A DNA stretch of 64,000 bases from Eledone cirrhosa (Eukaryota), in NCBI GenBank assembly GCA_964016885.1, contig OZ024743.1, positions 232,252,001-232,316,000 on the forward strand, read 5' to 3'. How positions within the stretch are numbered: position 1 is the stretch's first letter; every line of letters begins with the position of its first letter. Positions 62,392 to 64,000 of the stretch are shown piece by piece. Under the pieces are notes generated by a model. The model was given only the letters and a program-made list of their open reading frames with translations, was not told the origin of the DNA and made no database searches. The position numbers and the translations under genes were made by a program.

Positions 62392-62472
62392 AGCAATGGT
62401 TCACCCGTGGCTACATTGGAAGATGATCACGTTTCCAAATTGCCGCTTGGTGGGCTTGAAAACATGTATCTT
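62392..62472 (+). CDS. Candidate 81-nt internal exon of an unidentified host gene
   Basis: Acceptor tttctttctttcacag, donor gtaagc, length divisible by 3, open as SNGSPVATLEDDHVSKLPLGGLENMYL (one other frame is also open). No homology recognised. Confidence 0.35.
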
Positions 62473-62927
62473 GTAAGCAAAATTCCTCAGGCATACTGTG
62501 ATGCCTGCGCCTGTGTCGGTGTGTGTGTGTGTGACTGGGCGCGTGAGACTGTGTGCGTGTGGCTGTGTGTCTCTGTGTGCGTGTATGTATGTGTGTTTGT
62601 GTGACTGCGTGTGCAATTGTGATTGGGCATCGTATAATCTTGTCTTCTCAAAATGTTACTATATCCGTCTGCATTTACAATAAAGGTTAAAACATGCTGC
62701 AGCAGATGGTCAGCCGTACAAAAGTTATCACGTGATTTTAATTTCCGTTTCCGTTTCAGCAGCTATATCTTCTGTAAGGGATGACACTCAATAAATAATT
62801 GACCCTCTCTCACCAACACTTTTTGGGCACTCTATCAACGACTAACTACCTCACCTGAACCCTACCAAACCTTTTCTTCACCCCTCTCTATAACTACAAC
62901 TCTCGGTTGTCTCTATCGACCCCTTCT

Positions 62928-62998
<71 letters not shown>

Positions 62999-63080
62999 AT
63001 ATATATACTATATTTCATACATGTAAATAACTACCTAGTCATTTGTAAATATATAGATAGATATATGTATATATATATTA

Positions 63081-63188
<108 letters not shown>

Positions 63189-63619
63189 TTAAATATATAT
63201 ATATTTTAATATATATATATATGTGTGTGTGTGTGCGTATGTGCGTGTATGTGTGTGTGTATGTGTGTGTGTGTGTGCTACCTATCTTTACTACTATAGA
63301 TAGCCTTGTGTTCCTGAATATACTGATTATATTCCATCTACACCTGAATTTACTTGATCTTTCGCAATCTCATCACCCGAGTTTCAATCACAACAATCAA
63401 ACCTGCAGCTATTGAATCTCAATTATCATTAAACTAAATTACCCACAACCAGATATTCTTATACCATCTAGCCATGGGGAGAGGTTAGAAGCTATGTTCA
63501 CATCTGCAACTTCTGATGCTTCTTATTTTCCTTCCTACATATTTTCTTGTCCTTATTAATGAACAACGAACCCTTTCCAAAATGCAGAATCTCTCCCCTA
63601 CACCCCCTCACTCTCACAA

Positions 63620-63685
<66 letters not shown>

Positions 63686-63801
63686 TCTCTCTCTCTCCCT
63701 CTCTCTTTCTATTTATCTCTCTAACAAATGACTTATTTATGACACTTTCAAACTAAATCACCGACTGTATAGTGTTTATACCTTGTGCTGGTGATGGGTG
63801 T

Positions 63802-63803
63802 AA

Positions 63804-63897
<94 letters not shown>

Positions 63898-63898
63898 T

Positions 63899-63978
<80 letters not shown>

Positions 63979-64000
63979 GGTGGTAGTAGTAGTATTAGTA
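63802..64000. repeat. (TAG)n/(TGG)n trinucleotide microsatellite
   Basis: Seen directly. Confidence 0.95.

Overview
Eukaryotic, AT-rich DNA made up almost entirely of microsatellites and transposable elements. The SINE and LINE-tail sequences resemble those I recall from octopod cephalopods (inference, not checked). Most ORF-track entries ([10 protein letters not shown]) are microsatellite artefacts. Real content: (i) several Penelope-like element (PLE) families, both Neptune-like and Naiad-like (RT plus C-terminal GIY-YIG), often with inverted termini and ending in (TA)n; (ii) decayed non-LTR LINEs: two CR1-group copies, a near full-length Tx1/L1 in (GATA)n, an R4/Dong-type in (CATA)n and an RTE-type 3' end; (iii) tRNA-derived SINEs and a probable non-autonomous Helitron; (iv) about 20 type I hammerhead ribozyme (HHR) motifs found by eye, some with a compensatory U3-A8 core. 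Most notable: three or four unrelated, ORF-less, terminally redundant 0.5-0.7 kb units, two with a clear HHR and others with HHR-like folds, which look like reverse-transcribed circular RNAs (retrozyme-like). In addition, one PLE 5' inversion junction falls exactly at its predicted HHR cleavage site. Only one possible host exon was seen (62392-62472). All folds and alignments were done by eye and boundaries are approximate.
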